Shown: positions 29,049 to 38,231 of the stretch, one piece after another
Layout: the number at the start of each line of letters is the position of its first letter
How positions within the stretch are numbered: the first letter of the stretch is position 1
Assembly (NCBI GenBank): GCA_963749495.1
Contig: CAVVMW010000012.1
Location: forward strand, 288,001 to 352,000
Origin: an uncultured bacterium
Lineage (GTDB): Bacteria; Verrucomicrobiota; Verrucomicrobiia; Limisphaerales; UBA8199
Direction: 5' to 3'
Length of the DNA: 64,000 nt
Made by a program: the position numbers and the translations under genes
The notes under the pieces: model-generated
The model's database searches: none
Seen by the model: the letters and a program-made list of their open reading frames with translations, nothing else
Told to the model about the DNA's origin: nothing

Positions 29049-29441
29049 ATGCAACTCAAACTCTCGATTCACGACGGGGCGCCGATCTACCAGCAGATCG
29101 TTGAACAGGTCAAGTACCTCGTGGCCGGCGGGCGGTTGAAGCCAGGCGATGATGTTCCACCCATTCGCGTCCTGGCGGAACAGCTTCGGATCAATCCCAA
29201 TACCGTGGCGCGCGCCTACCTCGAGTTGGAGCGCGAAGGGGTCGTTTCAATGCGCCAGGGCTTTGGGACGACAGTGGCGGAGATCAAGTCCACGGTGCCT
29301 CATCGCGAGAGGCTCAAACTGCTCGCCCGGCCGGCGGACGCGCTGCTGACCCAGGCGCGGCATCTGAACGTTCAACTGGGCGAGGTCTTTGATCTGTTGC
29401 GCGAGCGTGACGCGCTGATGCAACCGGAACCCTCGAAATGA
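29049..29441 (+). CDS. GntR family regulator (YtrA subfamily)
   Basis: PIYQQIVEQV, PPIRVLAEQLRINPNTVARAYLELEREG, short C-terminus, precedes an ABC ATPase. Confidence 0.92.
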   Translation: MQLKLSIHDGAPIYQQIVEQVKYLVAGGRLKPGDDVPPIRVLAEQLRINPNTVARAYLELEREGVVSMRQGFGTTVAEIKSTVPHRERLKLLARPADALLTQARHLNVQLGEVFDLLRERDALMQPEPSK

Positions 29442-30350
29442 AATTCCCTTCCCCCTCTTCGGCCGACGCGGTGATTGCGGTGAGCGGCTTGACCCGGCGC
29501 TTCGGAGCCATAGCGGCCCTGGAGGACGTATCGGTCTTTGTGCCGCGGGGTTCCGTACTGGGTTTGATCGGTGAAAACGGCGCCGGCAAGACCACGCTCA
29601 TCAAACATTTGCTCGGGATGCTCAAGGCGCAGACAGGGACCGTCCGGGTGTTTGGTCTGGACCCCGTCGGCGATCCGGTCGGAGTGCTGGGCCGGGTGGG
29701 GTACTTGTCGGAACGCCGCGATTTGCCCGGGTGGATGCGGGTTGAAGAGTTCATGCGCTACACGCAGGCCTTCTATCCGAAGTGGGATGAGGGTTACGCC
29801 GCGAAATTGCTGCGGCAATTTCAACTGGACCCGCGCCAGGCCATCAGGACCTTGTTCTCAAGGACAACAGGCGAAGGTGGGATTGCTCGCCGCCCTGGCT
29901 TACCGTCCGGACCTGTTGATTCTCGACAAACCCAGCTCGGGATTGGACCCGGTCGTCCGCCGCGACATCCTGGAGGCGATTATTCACACGGTCGCGGAGG
30001 AGGCTCGGACGGTTTTGTTCTCTTCGCATTTGCTCGATGAAGTGGAGCGGATGGCCGATCAGATAGTCATGTTGAGAAACGGGCGGGTCGTCTTGAACGG
30101 CCGCACCGAGGACGTGCGGCGCGGCCACATCTGGGCGGTGCTCGTGTTTGGGGAGCCCCAGCCAGTCGCACCGGTCTTGCCGGGCGCTTTTGCCGTGACC
30201 GGTTTCGGCCTCGAGTGGCGCGTGCTCTTCGGCGGTTCGCATCTGGAATTGCAAGCCGCCGCCGCCGGCATGGCAGCGCGCGTGGTCGATGAACGGACGC
30301 CAACGCTGGACGAAATCCTCGTGGCGCGGGCCGGAGGGAAAGGAAGCTGA
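29438..30350 (+). pseudogene. ABC transporter ATPase with a frameshift near 29855 and Walker B E->K
   Basis: GENGAGKT; signature (L)SQGQ broken by an extra T; LILDKPSSGLD; SSH. Confidence 0.85.
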
Positions 30351-30354
30351 CCCC

Positions 30355-31059
30355 ATGCCCGCCATTCCCACAGCACGACTTGCCTGGCAAACTCCAACCG
30401 GCGCCATACTTTGGGAACTCTGGGCGCGGCAAAAATGGAAGTTCATGTTCCAGGCAATCGCGTTGCTGGTCAGCGCGGTGCTGGCCCAATGGCTCGATGA
30501 GTCTCAACGAAAGAGCGATTCTCTCGGTCCAATCGCGTACCAAGCGGGCGTGCTGGCTGTTTTGCACGCCCTGGGCTGCTTCTGTTATTTGGAGATGGAT
30601 GCGCGCCGGTTCCAAGGCGGCATTCCCGGCCATCTCCTGCTCAAGCCATTGACGACAACACGGCTGGTGGCGGTGCCGATGTTGTGCGGAGGCGCGGTAG
30701 TTGCGGCAGTCTTCCTGGCCTGGGCGGAATTGGTGTGGCGGCCTTTTGGGTTCCCGGCCACGCTATTCGACTGGCTGCCGTGGATTTTAGGCGCGTGCCT
30801 GGTGGGGAAGCTCCTGGGCTCGGCCGCGGCGTTCAACCTTGGCTTGCGCCGGAAAACCGTGACGCGCGCCGCGATCGGTTGGATCATTGCCGCGTGGCTC
30901 GCCAGCGGGCTGTTCGTCGCTGTTATCGCCAGGAGCGTGTGCGCGCGCTTCGCTGCGCCGCAACTGTGAGTTTGGGCCGCGCTGGCCGGATTCTGCCTCT
31001 TGCCGTTCGCTGGATTGTCGCTTGCTCCGTTGGCCCTGGCATGGAATCGTCATCGGTAG
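30355..31059 (+). pseudogene. Membrane permease remnant with an in-frame TGA at 30967-30969
   Basis: Hydrophobic frame continues past TGA as VWAALAGFCLLPF...ALAWNRHR. Confidence 0.65.
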
Positions 31060-31296
31060 CCGCGAGCACGACCAACGTCATTTGTGGGATTGAGCCTCAG
31101 CCGTCCCTTTGGGACCCGGGTGCGTTGGCCACCGCGACCCTAACGTTGAAACGATCGCATTAGGGAGAGGGCGCACGACAGAATTCTTCGCTGCCGCCTA
31201 AAGGCGGCAGGATGGCCGGTCGAAGAAATCCGTCGTGCGCCCTTAGCAAGAGTTCCCTTGCTTGCGGAATAGTCCGCGGTACAAACTCGCGACAAT

Positions 31297-33093
31297 ATGA
31301 AAACGCCCAGCCTTGCTCGAGTGATTGTGTTTCAGGCCGCACTGCTCATGGCGGCGGGTGGTTTTGGACAGACCCTCAAGAGCCTGGACCCGCCGGTGCT
31401 CCTTCCTGATGGCACGGAATTCAAGACCTGGGAGGCGCCCCTCCAGTTCACGCGGACCTACTATGTGGACGGGTCGAATCCAACGGCCGCGGATGGCAAC
31501 CCGGGCACCCAGGAGCAGCCCTTCGCCACGGTCAACCGGGCCGCGCAGGTGCTCGGCCCGGGCGAACGCGTCATCGTGGTGGCCGGCACTTACCGGGAAC
31601 GGATTCGCCCCGCCCGGGGCGGAACGGGCCCGGACCGGATGATCAGCTACGAAGCCGCCCCCGGCGCTCGAGTGGTCTTGAAGGGCTCGCGCGTGTTTCG
31701 CGAACCGTGGACTCCAGCCGATTCGGCTCTGCCAACCCGGATTTGGCAAGCCCGCCTTGACCCGAAATACTTCACGAGCTACAACCCCTTCGACATCGAG
31801 AACGTCACCGCGCGTCAGTTCGACATCATGGATTTTGCCGCGCCGCTGCGGGGCACGGCACCCTGCAATTTGCCGCGAGGGCTGGTTTTCCAGGACGGAC
31901 GGCGCCTGACGCAGGCCAGCAACCGCTCCGGCCTGGAGGGACATGAAGGCCGCTATTGGGTGGACCGCGCGAACCAAGTGCTCTTCGCCAGCTTCTTCGG
32001 CCATGCCCGGCCAGACCAGGCTGCCATCGAGATCACCACCCAGGAGACCATTTTCGCGCCGGAGCAAATCGGCCTTGGCTACATCCGGGTCAAAGGCTTC
32101 GTGGTCGAGCAAGCCGCCGGGCCGTTTCCCTGGGAACAGGTCGGCGCGATCTCCACGACGCGGGGCCATCACTGGATTATCGAAGAGAACACTGTGCGCC
32201 AGGTGAACGGGGTCGGCATCAACGTGGGGATTCAACTGCACCGATGGCCGCAGCCACCGCTGGCCGGCTTCCACATCGTGCGCCGCAATGCGGTCGCCGA
32301 TTGCGGGATCTGCGGCATTTGCGGCCTGGGACCGGGCGGCGGCCGCGAATTCGGCCTCTTGATCGAGGACAATGCGCTCCTGCGCAACGCGTTTCATGAC
32401 ACGGAGCGGCTCTTCGAGACGGCCGGCATTAAAACGCACAACAACGTCCGCTGCCTCATTCGCCGCAACCTGATCCTGGATACCCTCCACGGCGCGGGCA
32501 TTTGGATGGATTGGGACAACCGCAATTCCCGGTGTTGCCAGAACATCATCGTCAATGCCCAAACGATGCACGGAGGCATCTTCATCGAGGCCTCGTACGT
32601 GCCCAACCTGATCGACCAGAACTTCATCTGGGGCACGCAAGGCCACGGGATTTACGAGCACGACTGCAGTCGCCAGGTGTTCGCGCACAATTTCATTGGC
32701 CAAAGCAGAGGTTCGGGGTTGCACCTGCACGGCAAAATGACCAGCCGCCAGATCAACGGGCGCACACCCGAATACGGCCTGCACCAGGTTCGGAACAACC
32801 TCCTGTATCAGAACACCAGAACGAACGCGTTCCGAGGAGGACCTTCCACGTTGGCCGGCAATTTGTCCGAGGGCATCGTCGCCACGTTTGACCGCTCGAG
32901 GCTGGAGCTGACGTTGTCGGCCACCAACCGCCTGCCCGAATGTGAACTTGTGCCGGAGGTCATGTCCGATTTCCTCGGGAGACCGCGCGAAGGCTCAACC
33001 ACGGTCGCCGGTCCGTTCAATCAAATGCCGGCCCAACCTGCCACGATCAAACTCTGGCGGGGAATAATCCTCGATCAAGAAGCTTCGCCCTGA
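31297..33093 (+). CDS. Secreted right-handed beta-helix protein (DUF1565-like N-terminus)
   Basis: Signal peptide, YYVD...DGNPGTQEQPFATV, GTYRE, GIWMDW, beta-helix periodicity. Confidence 0.85.
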   Translation: MKTPSLARVIVFQAALLMAAGGFGQTLKSLDPPVLLPDGTEFKTWEAPLQFTRTYYVDGSNPTAADGNPGTQEQPFATVNRAAQVLGPGERVIVVAGTYRERIRPARGGTGPDRMISYEAAPGARVVLKGSRVFREPWTPADSALPTRIWQARLDPKYFTSYNPFDIENVTARQFDIMDFAAPLRGTAPCNLPRGLVFQDGRRLTQASNRSGLEGHEGRYWVDRANQVLFASFFGHARPDQAAIEITTQETIFAPEQIGLGYIRVKGFVVEQAAGPFPWEQVGAISTTRGHHWIIEENTVRQVNGVGINVGIQLHRWPQPPLAGFHIVRRNAVADCGICGICGLGPGGGREFGLLIEDNALLRNAFHDTERLFETAGIKTHNNVRCLIRRNLILDTLHGAGIWMDWDNRNSRCCQNIIVNAQTMHGGIFIEASYVPNLIDQNFIWGTQGHGIYEHDCSRQVFAHNFIGQSRGSGLHLHGKMTSRQINGRTPEYGLHQVRNNLLYQNTRTNAFRGGPSTLAGNLSEGIVATFDRSRLELTLSATNRLPECELVPEVMSDFLGRPREGSTTVAGPFNQMPAQPATIKLWRGIILDQEASP

Positions 33094-33163
33094 AGACACC
33101 GACGGGGCGGAACGAGGCGCACCGGGTGCGATTAAAAGCCTCGGCCATGCGTGCCGGGAGTTT

Positions 33164-33349
33164 TGTCCCGGAGGGATAATCCAGAATAGCCCAACGTTTC
33201 AACGTTGGGATCCAGGCGAAGATGCGCAAAGTCCCGAAGGGACGGATGAAATGCTCCCATGTCTCAGCCGTCCCTTCGGGACTCGGGCTGCCGGCGCATC
33301 CAACCCAACGTTGAAACGTTGGGCTATTGTCGGAAGCCCCTTCGGGGCA
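33164..33349. repeat. REP-like element, GTCCCGAAGGGAC family
   Basis: AATAGCCCAACGTTTCAACGTTGGG inverted arms; related copy at 60641-60835. Confidence 0.85.
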
Positions 33350-33503
33350 AAACGGCGCCGAGGGATTACCGAGGGTTTCCCAGTCGCACCCAGGCGCACC
33401 TCGCCGGGCCCGGCATGCGTGACAATCACGCTGCGGGACTGAGGATGATCAGAACCAGCTTCGACTCAATTCTTGTGAATAAGCCGGCTTTCCTGCTCTG
33501 CCT

Positions 33504-33692
33504 TGCGGCCTAGCGGGCCGCCAGAACCTAGCCCAGGGCTGAGGCCGTCAGGCCGATGCCCTGGGTTTCGCCACAAACCCGGGCTCTGCGCCCTGAAAGG
33601 GCGCCAGAGCCTTCTGGCCCCCTTTCAGGGCGCGTCCGATCTTCCGGGGGCGTGGTCCCAGGGCATCGGCCTTGCGGCCTCAGCCCTGGGCT
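33504..33692. repeat. REP-like element, second copy of the 24111 family
   Basis: CCTAGCCCAGGGCTGAGGCCG...CCTCAGCCCTGGGCT. Confidence 0.8.
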
Positions 33693-33729
33693 CACATCTC
33701 AACCTGTGGCTCTTGGCCTGCTCCTTCGC

Positions 33730-36700
33730 CTATCGCCACCCCAGCTTTTGCCGGTTCAGGGCGTCAACCGTCTGCTGGATGTCGCAGACCAGCACCGTTC
33801 CTTCGGCCGTTCCGACGGCCAGTAGCTTTCCATTCGGACTGAATTGCGGCGCATGCCAACAGGTGTAGTCGATGCCCACGGTCAGCCGCCATGCCAAGCC
33901 GTTTGTCCTGAAAAGTGTCAGGCCTCTTTCCAGGCCACCTTGCGTGACCAACAGTCGGCCGTCGGGGCTCAGGGCCACGATGGACCGCAGCCGGACACTA
34001 CGCCAGGACTCAGTGCCCAGCAGTTTGGCCAGCGTCCTGTCCCGGGTGCGCGGAAGAAGCCAGTCGAGCGGTGCAGTCTCTGGGTTCCTTCGCAAAGAGT
34101 CGCTGTCCCTGTTGTTTTGCGTGCCAGGCAAGCGTCGGACTTCGTCCCCCCCAAGCGGATTGAAAACCTTCACCGGGTAGGTTCTCTCCACGGCCCCGGC
34201 CTCGGCGGCCTCAGTTGCTTCGCCCACGACGACCACGAAATTCCCCTGGCGCGAAAGGAGGACGTCCTTAGGGGCCTCGCCCGATGGGAAGAACTTTGCA
34301 AGCGGTGTCATGTAATCGGGCCGGAACAGATCGCGGACCCTGCAAATACCGCCAAGGCCCTCTGCCTCACTTTCCCACTGGAAATGCAGCAACCGGCCCT
34401 CTTGGTCAAAGCACAGTTGCTGGCAAAGCCCCCGCGGCAGCGCCCAGCGTCCCAGTTCTTGTCCGCTGACCACATCCCACAGCACCGCCGCTCTGGAAGT
34501 CGCAAAGGCGAGATGGCCGCCGTCGGGGCTGAACGCCAGGGCGGCATTGTCAGCGTATATCCCCTGGGGTGCCTTGAACAACCGCTCAAGCCGGTTTGAA
34601 GGGAGATTCCAGACAGCCACTTCCCAGTTATGGGCCAAAGCGGCCAACCGCTTGCCATCGCGAGAAAACGCAACGTGGGTGCAGCGCGAGGAGAGGCCGC
34701 GCAAGACGGCAAGTCCGCGGCCGGACTCCAGTTCAAAAACGCCGGCGACCGAAAGATTGGCATAAGAACCATGGACTCTGCTCACCGCCAGCCTCCTTCC
34801 ACCGGGCGAAAAAGCGAGCGCCCTCGCTTCGTCCCAACTTCCAACCTTGAGCAGCAGGCGTCCGGTGGCAACGTCCCAGAACCTCACGTCTCCGCGCCCG
34901 CTGGAGGCAAGCGTCATCCGATCGGGGCTGAACGCGACGGCATATACGTCAAATTCCGAGCCTCGGCAGATTGTCCTCAGCCCGTCTCCGGGGACCTGAT
35001 AAATACGGATGGTTCCACCAGCATCTCCAGTCGCGATGAGCCAAGGAGTCCCGCCGGCTGCATTGGTTGGCTGGCTCACATCCTGCTGAAAGGCCAGGCA
35101 GTGAACCGCGGCGCGATTCGGCGGAAACGAAGCGGTTTCGGCCAGATCGGGCAGTCTGCGCACCACGATACGCCCTTCGCCATCGCCAGTCGCGACGAGC
35201 GCATTGTCCGGCGAAAAGGCCAAAGCAGTGCAGGCTGCGGTTGCTTGTTTCACGAGGTTGCCAGTTGCGGTGTCCCAGACTCCAAGCTGGCCTCGAGTGT
35301 CGTCGGTAGTGCTAACCACGGCCGCAGCACAAAAAGCGCCATCTGCCGACACGGCCGAAACCGGAACCCCCAAGCCCTCTTTGGCGCTCTGTTCAGCGAG
35401 GCGGAACTCACGCAGTTTCTCCCCGCCCTTTGGGTTTAGCAGGCAAAACGCCCCATCGCCCTTAGAAACAAATTGGCGCGGGCTGCCGTCCCGGTCGAAC
35501 CACACTGGGCCGGTGTTGCTAGTGCCAAAAGTGGTGAACTCGCCGGTTTGCCAATCCCAGATTCCAGCTTTTTCGCCCTGATCTGCGTCCCTGAGCAGCC
35601 GCCGGCCAAGGGCATCAAAGGCGATGTGCGTCGCACCGGAATTCGTGTGGGACAGCGATGCGATTACCCTTGCATCCAACCCCGCGAGGGGGGCGGCGGC
35701 TTCCGCGCGTAAATCGTTGTCCACCCGCACCTGGCCGGCGTTGCTCAGGAGGGCCAGCGCGTTGCTCGACCAACCCGCCGATCGCTCCTCCTTCCGGAGC
35801 ATCTCCGCCTTGCCAATCATGGTTTGCCGCTTGACCCAACGCGTTTCAAGCTTCTGCACTGCCCAGGCGCCCGCGCCGGCCAGCAGGGCCAGAACCGCTG
35901 CGGCCAACGCCCATTTCCGCCCTCGCTTCAGCAGGTGCATCTGGCGCACGGACTTGCCGGCCAGCAGCATCACGAGGTCCGCGAGGAGTTCATCCGCCGA
36001 GGCATAGCGGCAGGCCGGGTCCGGCTGGCAGGCTTTGTCACAGACGGTCTGAAGCTCCATGATCTTCGCCCGGTCCGGCCATGAGCCGAAATCTCCGGGC
36101 AGTGCCGGGAAGTCCATCCGGTCGCGGCCAGTGCACATCTCGTAGATCACCTTGCCCAGGCTGTAGAGGTTGCCGCGCGGCCGGCCGGGCCCTTCCGGCG
36201 CCATGAACCCCTGCGCGCCGACATAGCTGAGCGTGGCCTCGGACTCCGTCACCAGCCCGATGTCCGCCAGCTTTGGAACCCCGTTCACGAAAATGATGTT
36301 CGAGGGCTTGATGTCGCGGTGCACCAAGCCGTGGTCGTGGAGGTGCTTCACGGCGTCGGCCAGACCAAGGCTGATCGCCAGGCACTCCGCGAAGGGCAAA
36401 TGTCCGCGGGTCTTGAGCTCCCAATCCAGAGTCCGTGGCACGTAGGTCTCGGGCTCGACGATGGAGGATGAGGGGCGGCGAATCACCGCTGGGGCACTTA
36501 CCGCTGGAACATCCGCCGCGCGCCCTGCTTCATCCAAACTGGAGTGCCCGGGGTCCGCCAGCTCCATGACATAGTAAAAGTACCCTTGTTTGTCGTTCCG
36601 CCCGATATGGAGGATGTCCACCTGGCTTTCATGCGAACGGGAGACGGGCTCGAAGTTGCGGATGCCGGCGAACTCGCGTTCGTAGGGGCGGTCCTCCTCA

Positions 36701-36888
36701 AAAGTGCTGCGGTACACCACCTTCACGGCCCGGTAAGTGCCCATGATGTTCCGGGCCAGCCAAACCTCGCCGTAGCTCCCGCGGCCGATGATGCGCAGCA
36801 TCGCATGGTCGGGCACGATGGGCGGGGGGCCATGCACCGCCCCTCGGTCGGCTCGGCCCGGCGAATCAGCCGCTGGAGAAGCGTTCAT
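33730..36888 (-). CDS. Ser/Thr protein kinase + TM + WD40 repeats
   Basis: GRGSYG, RAVK, HRDIKPSN, DIG, FMAPE, repeated AFSPD motifs; subdomain IX reads GNLYSLG. Confidence 0.9.
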   Translation of the reverse strand: MNASPAADSPGRADRGAVHGPPPIVPDHAMLRIIGRGSYGEVWLARNIMGTYRAVKVVYRSTFEEDRPYEREFAGIRNFEPVSRSHESQVDILHIGRNDKQGYFYYVMELADPGHSSLDEAGRAADVPAVSAPAVIRRPSSSIVEPETYVPRTLDWELKTRGHLPFAECLAISLGLADAVKHLHDHGLVHRDIKPSNIIFVNGVPKLADIGLVTESEATLSYVGAQGFMAPEGPGRPRGNLYSLGKVIYEMCTGRDRMDFPALPGDFGSWPDRAKIMELQTVCDKACQPDPACRYASADELLADLVMLLAGKSVRQMHLLKRGRKWALAAAVLALLAGAGAWAVQKLETRWVKRQTMIGKAEMLRKEERSAGWSSNALALLSNAGQVRVDNDLRAEAAAPLAGLDARVIASLSHTNSGATHIAFDALGRRLLRDADQGEKAGIWDWQTGEFTTFGTSNTGPVWFDRDGSPRQFVSKGDGAFCLLNPKGGEKLREFRLAEQSAKEGLGVPVSAVSADGAFCAAAVVSTTDDTRGQLGVWDTATGNLVKQATAACTALAFSPDNALVATGDGEGRIVVRRLPDLAETASFPPNRAAVHCLAFQQDVSQPTNAAGGTPWLIATGDAGGTIRIYQVPGDGLRTICRGSEFDVYAVAFSPDRMTLASSGRGDVRFWDVATGRLLLKVGSWDEARALAFSPGGRRLAVSRVHGSYANLSVAGVFELESGRGLAVLRGLSSRCTHVAFSRDGKRLAALAHNWEVAVWNLPSNRLERLFKAPQGIYADNAALAFSPDGGHLAFATSRAAVLWDVVSGQELGRWALPRGLCQQLCFDQEGRLLHFQWESEAEGLGGICRVRDLFRPDYMTPLAKFFPSGEAPKDVLLSRQGNFVVVVGEATEAAEAGAVERTYPVKVFNPLGGDEVRRLPGTQNNRDSDSLRRNPETAPLDWLLPRTRDRTLAKLLGTESWRSVRLRSIVALSPDGRLLVTQGGLERGLTLFRTNGLAWRLTVGIDYTCWHAPQFSPNGKLLAVGTAEGTVLVCDIQQTVDALNRQKLGWR

Positions 36889-37223
36889 GGAGTCAGACTG
36901 AATTGTGGTTCCGTCCCCTCCAAACGCTCCGCGCCTTCTTTTGCCAAGGTCTTGTGGTCAGTGGTCATGTGGTCCTGTGGTCTTGCGGCTTTGCCGCGCT
37001 GTGCCCCTGATTCTGGCTGCGATGCGGCGGAGCATCCGGCGGCGAGCGCTCTCGGGAACGTGTGGCAGGGTGGAACTCCTGGCCGCCAATGTCAGCGGCC
37101 GAGCGCAACCGCGGTCCACTAGCCGCAGCCAAAGGCGGTGAAACAGCCCCCTGAGCCCTCCGCCTCGGTGTCCATCGCGCGCGCCGTCGCAGCCTGGGTC
37201 GTTAACCATACAACTCGTTGTGG

Positions 37224-37853
37224 CTACACATGTTTGGTCCTCAGGTAGGCCACCTGCGCCCGCACGCGCGCCGAGATGCGGTGCTTGGCCAAGTACACCT
37301 TCGCCGCCGTGACGTCCAGGTCCCGCGCCGTCTCGCTGACGCTGTGCCCCTGCCGCACGTGATATTCGAAGATTTGAAATTGCGCCGGGCTGGCCCGGCG
37401 CTTAACGCGGTTTATGGCGGCGTCCAACAAGTTCTGTTCCCACTCCCGTTCCCAGATCTCGTCCAGCACCTGGCTGGCAGGATCGGGAAGCTCGTTCACT
37501 GGCGAGTCCTCTTCGTCGGCGGAGGGGAGCGGCTCGAGCAACCGGCCTTTGCCCTGGCGCGTGCGAAATTGGTTGGCGACCTGGCGTTTGGTGATCCCGT
37601 GGAGCCACGTCTTAAACGCGCACTTCTCCGGTTCGTACTTAAAATCGCGAATCGCCCGCGCCACCGCCGTGACTGTCTCCTGCACAACGTCTTCCGCTTC
37701 GGTCTCCGTCAGGCCGGCCTTGATGGCCGCGCCAAAGATCAGACGGTGATAAATGTCGTAGAAATCCTGCCAGCTCTTCTGGTCGTCCCAGTGCTTGAGC
37801 CGGCTCAGGAGGCTCTTGCGAGTCGGAATCAGTCGGTTCCAATCAACGGGCAT
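37224..37853 (-). CDS. ECF sigma-70 factor upstream of the kinase
   Basis: TRKSLLSRL, SWQDFY, EAEDVVQET, FKTWL, KVYLAKHRI. Confidence 0.9.
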   Translation of the reverse strand: MPVDWNRLIPTRKSLLSRLKHWDDQKSWQDFYDIYHRLIFGAAIKAGLTETEAEDVVQETVTAVARAIRDFKYEPEKCAFKTWLHGITKRQVANQFRTRQGKGRLLEPLPSADEEDSPVNELPDPASQVLDEIWEREWEQNLLDAAINRVKRRASPAQFQIFEYHVRQGHSVSETARDLDVTAAKVYLAKHRISARVRAQVAYLRTKHV

Positions 37854-37985
37854 GCGTGATACTTTCTACCCCGTTAATCGCGCCGGGCAAGCCGATTCTT
37901 TCAAATAAACCGAAAGATCCAGCCCCCCTCCTGCGATTAACCGTTAGGCACGCCGTAATGGCCGCTCGGGAAAATCTCCTCTGCG

Positions 37986-38231
37986 ATGAGTCCGCGTATT
38001 TGCAGATGCTGTGGGGAGGACATGCCCCCCCAGGGGAATGTTGGTTCTCGGAACCCGAACGTTTGCGCCTCCTGCTCCAGCCTGCTCGATGGAATGGCTG
38101 AGCCCCAGAGGGACTCCGGCGTCTGCTTCAAGCGGAACCGGGTTTCGCGGCGGGAAGGCGAGAACGAAACAGCCGCGGCTTGTGCTCTTGGCGGAGCTGA
38201 GTCCGTTCAAGCTATTGCAGGAATCATATGA
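37986..38231 (+). CDS. Small putative Zn-binding protein
   Basis: CRCC...NPNVCASC; stop overlaps the next ORF start (ATGA). Confidence 0.45.
   Translation: MSPRICRCCGEDMPPQGNVGSRNPNVCASCSSLLDGMAEPQRDSGVCFKRNRVSRREGENETAAACALGGAESVQAIAGII

Noticed and set aside
30967..30969. In-frame TGA as selenocysteine or recoding
   Set aside because: It lies in a hydrophobic helix where Trp fits, the operon has other lesions, and TGA is used as a normal stop elsewhere.
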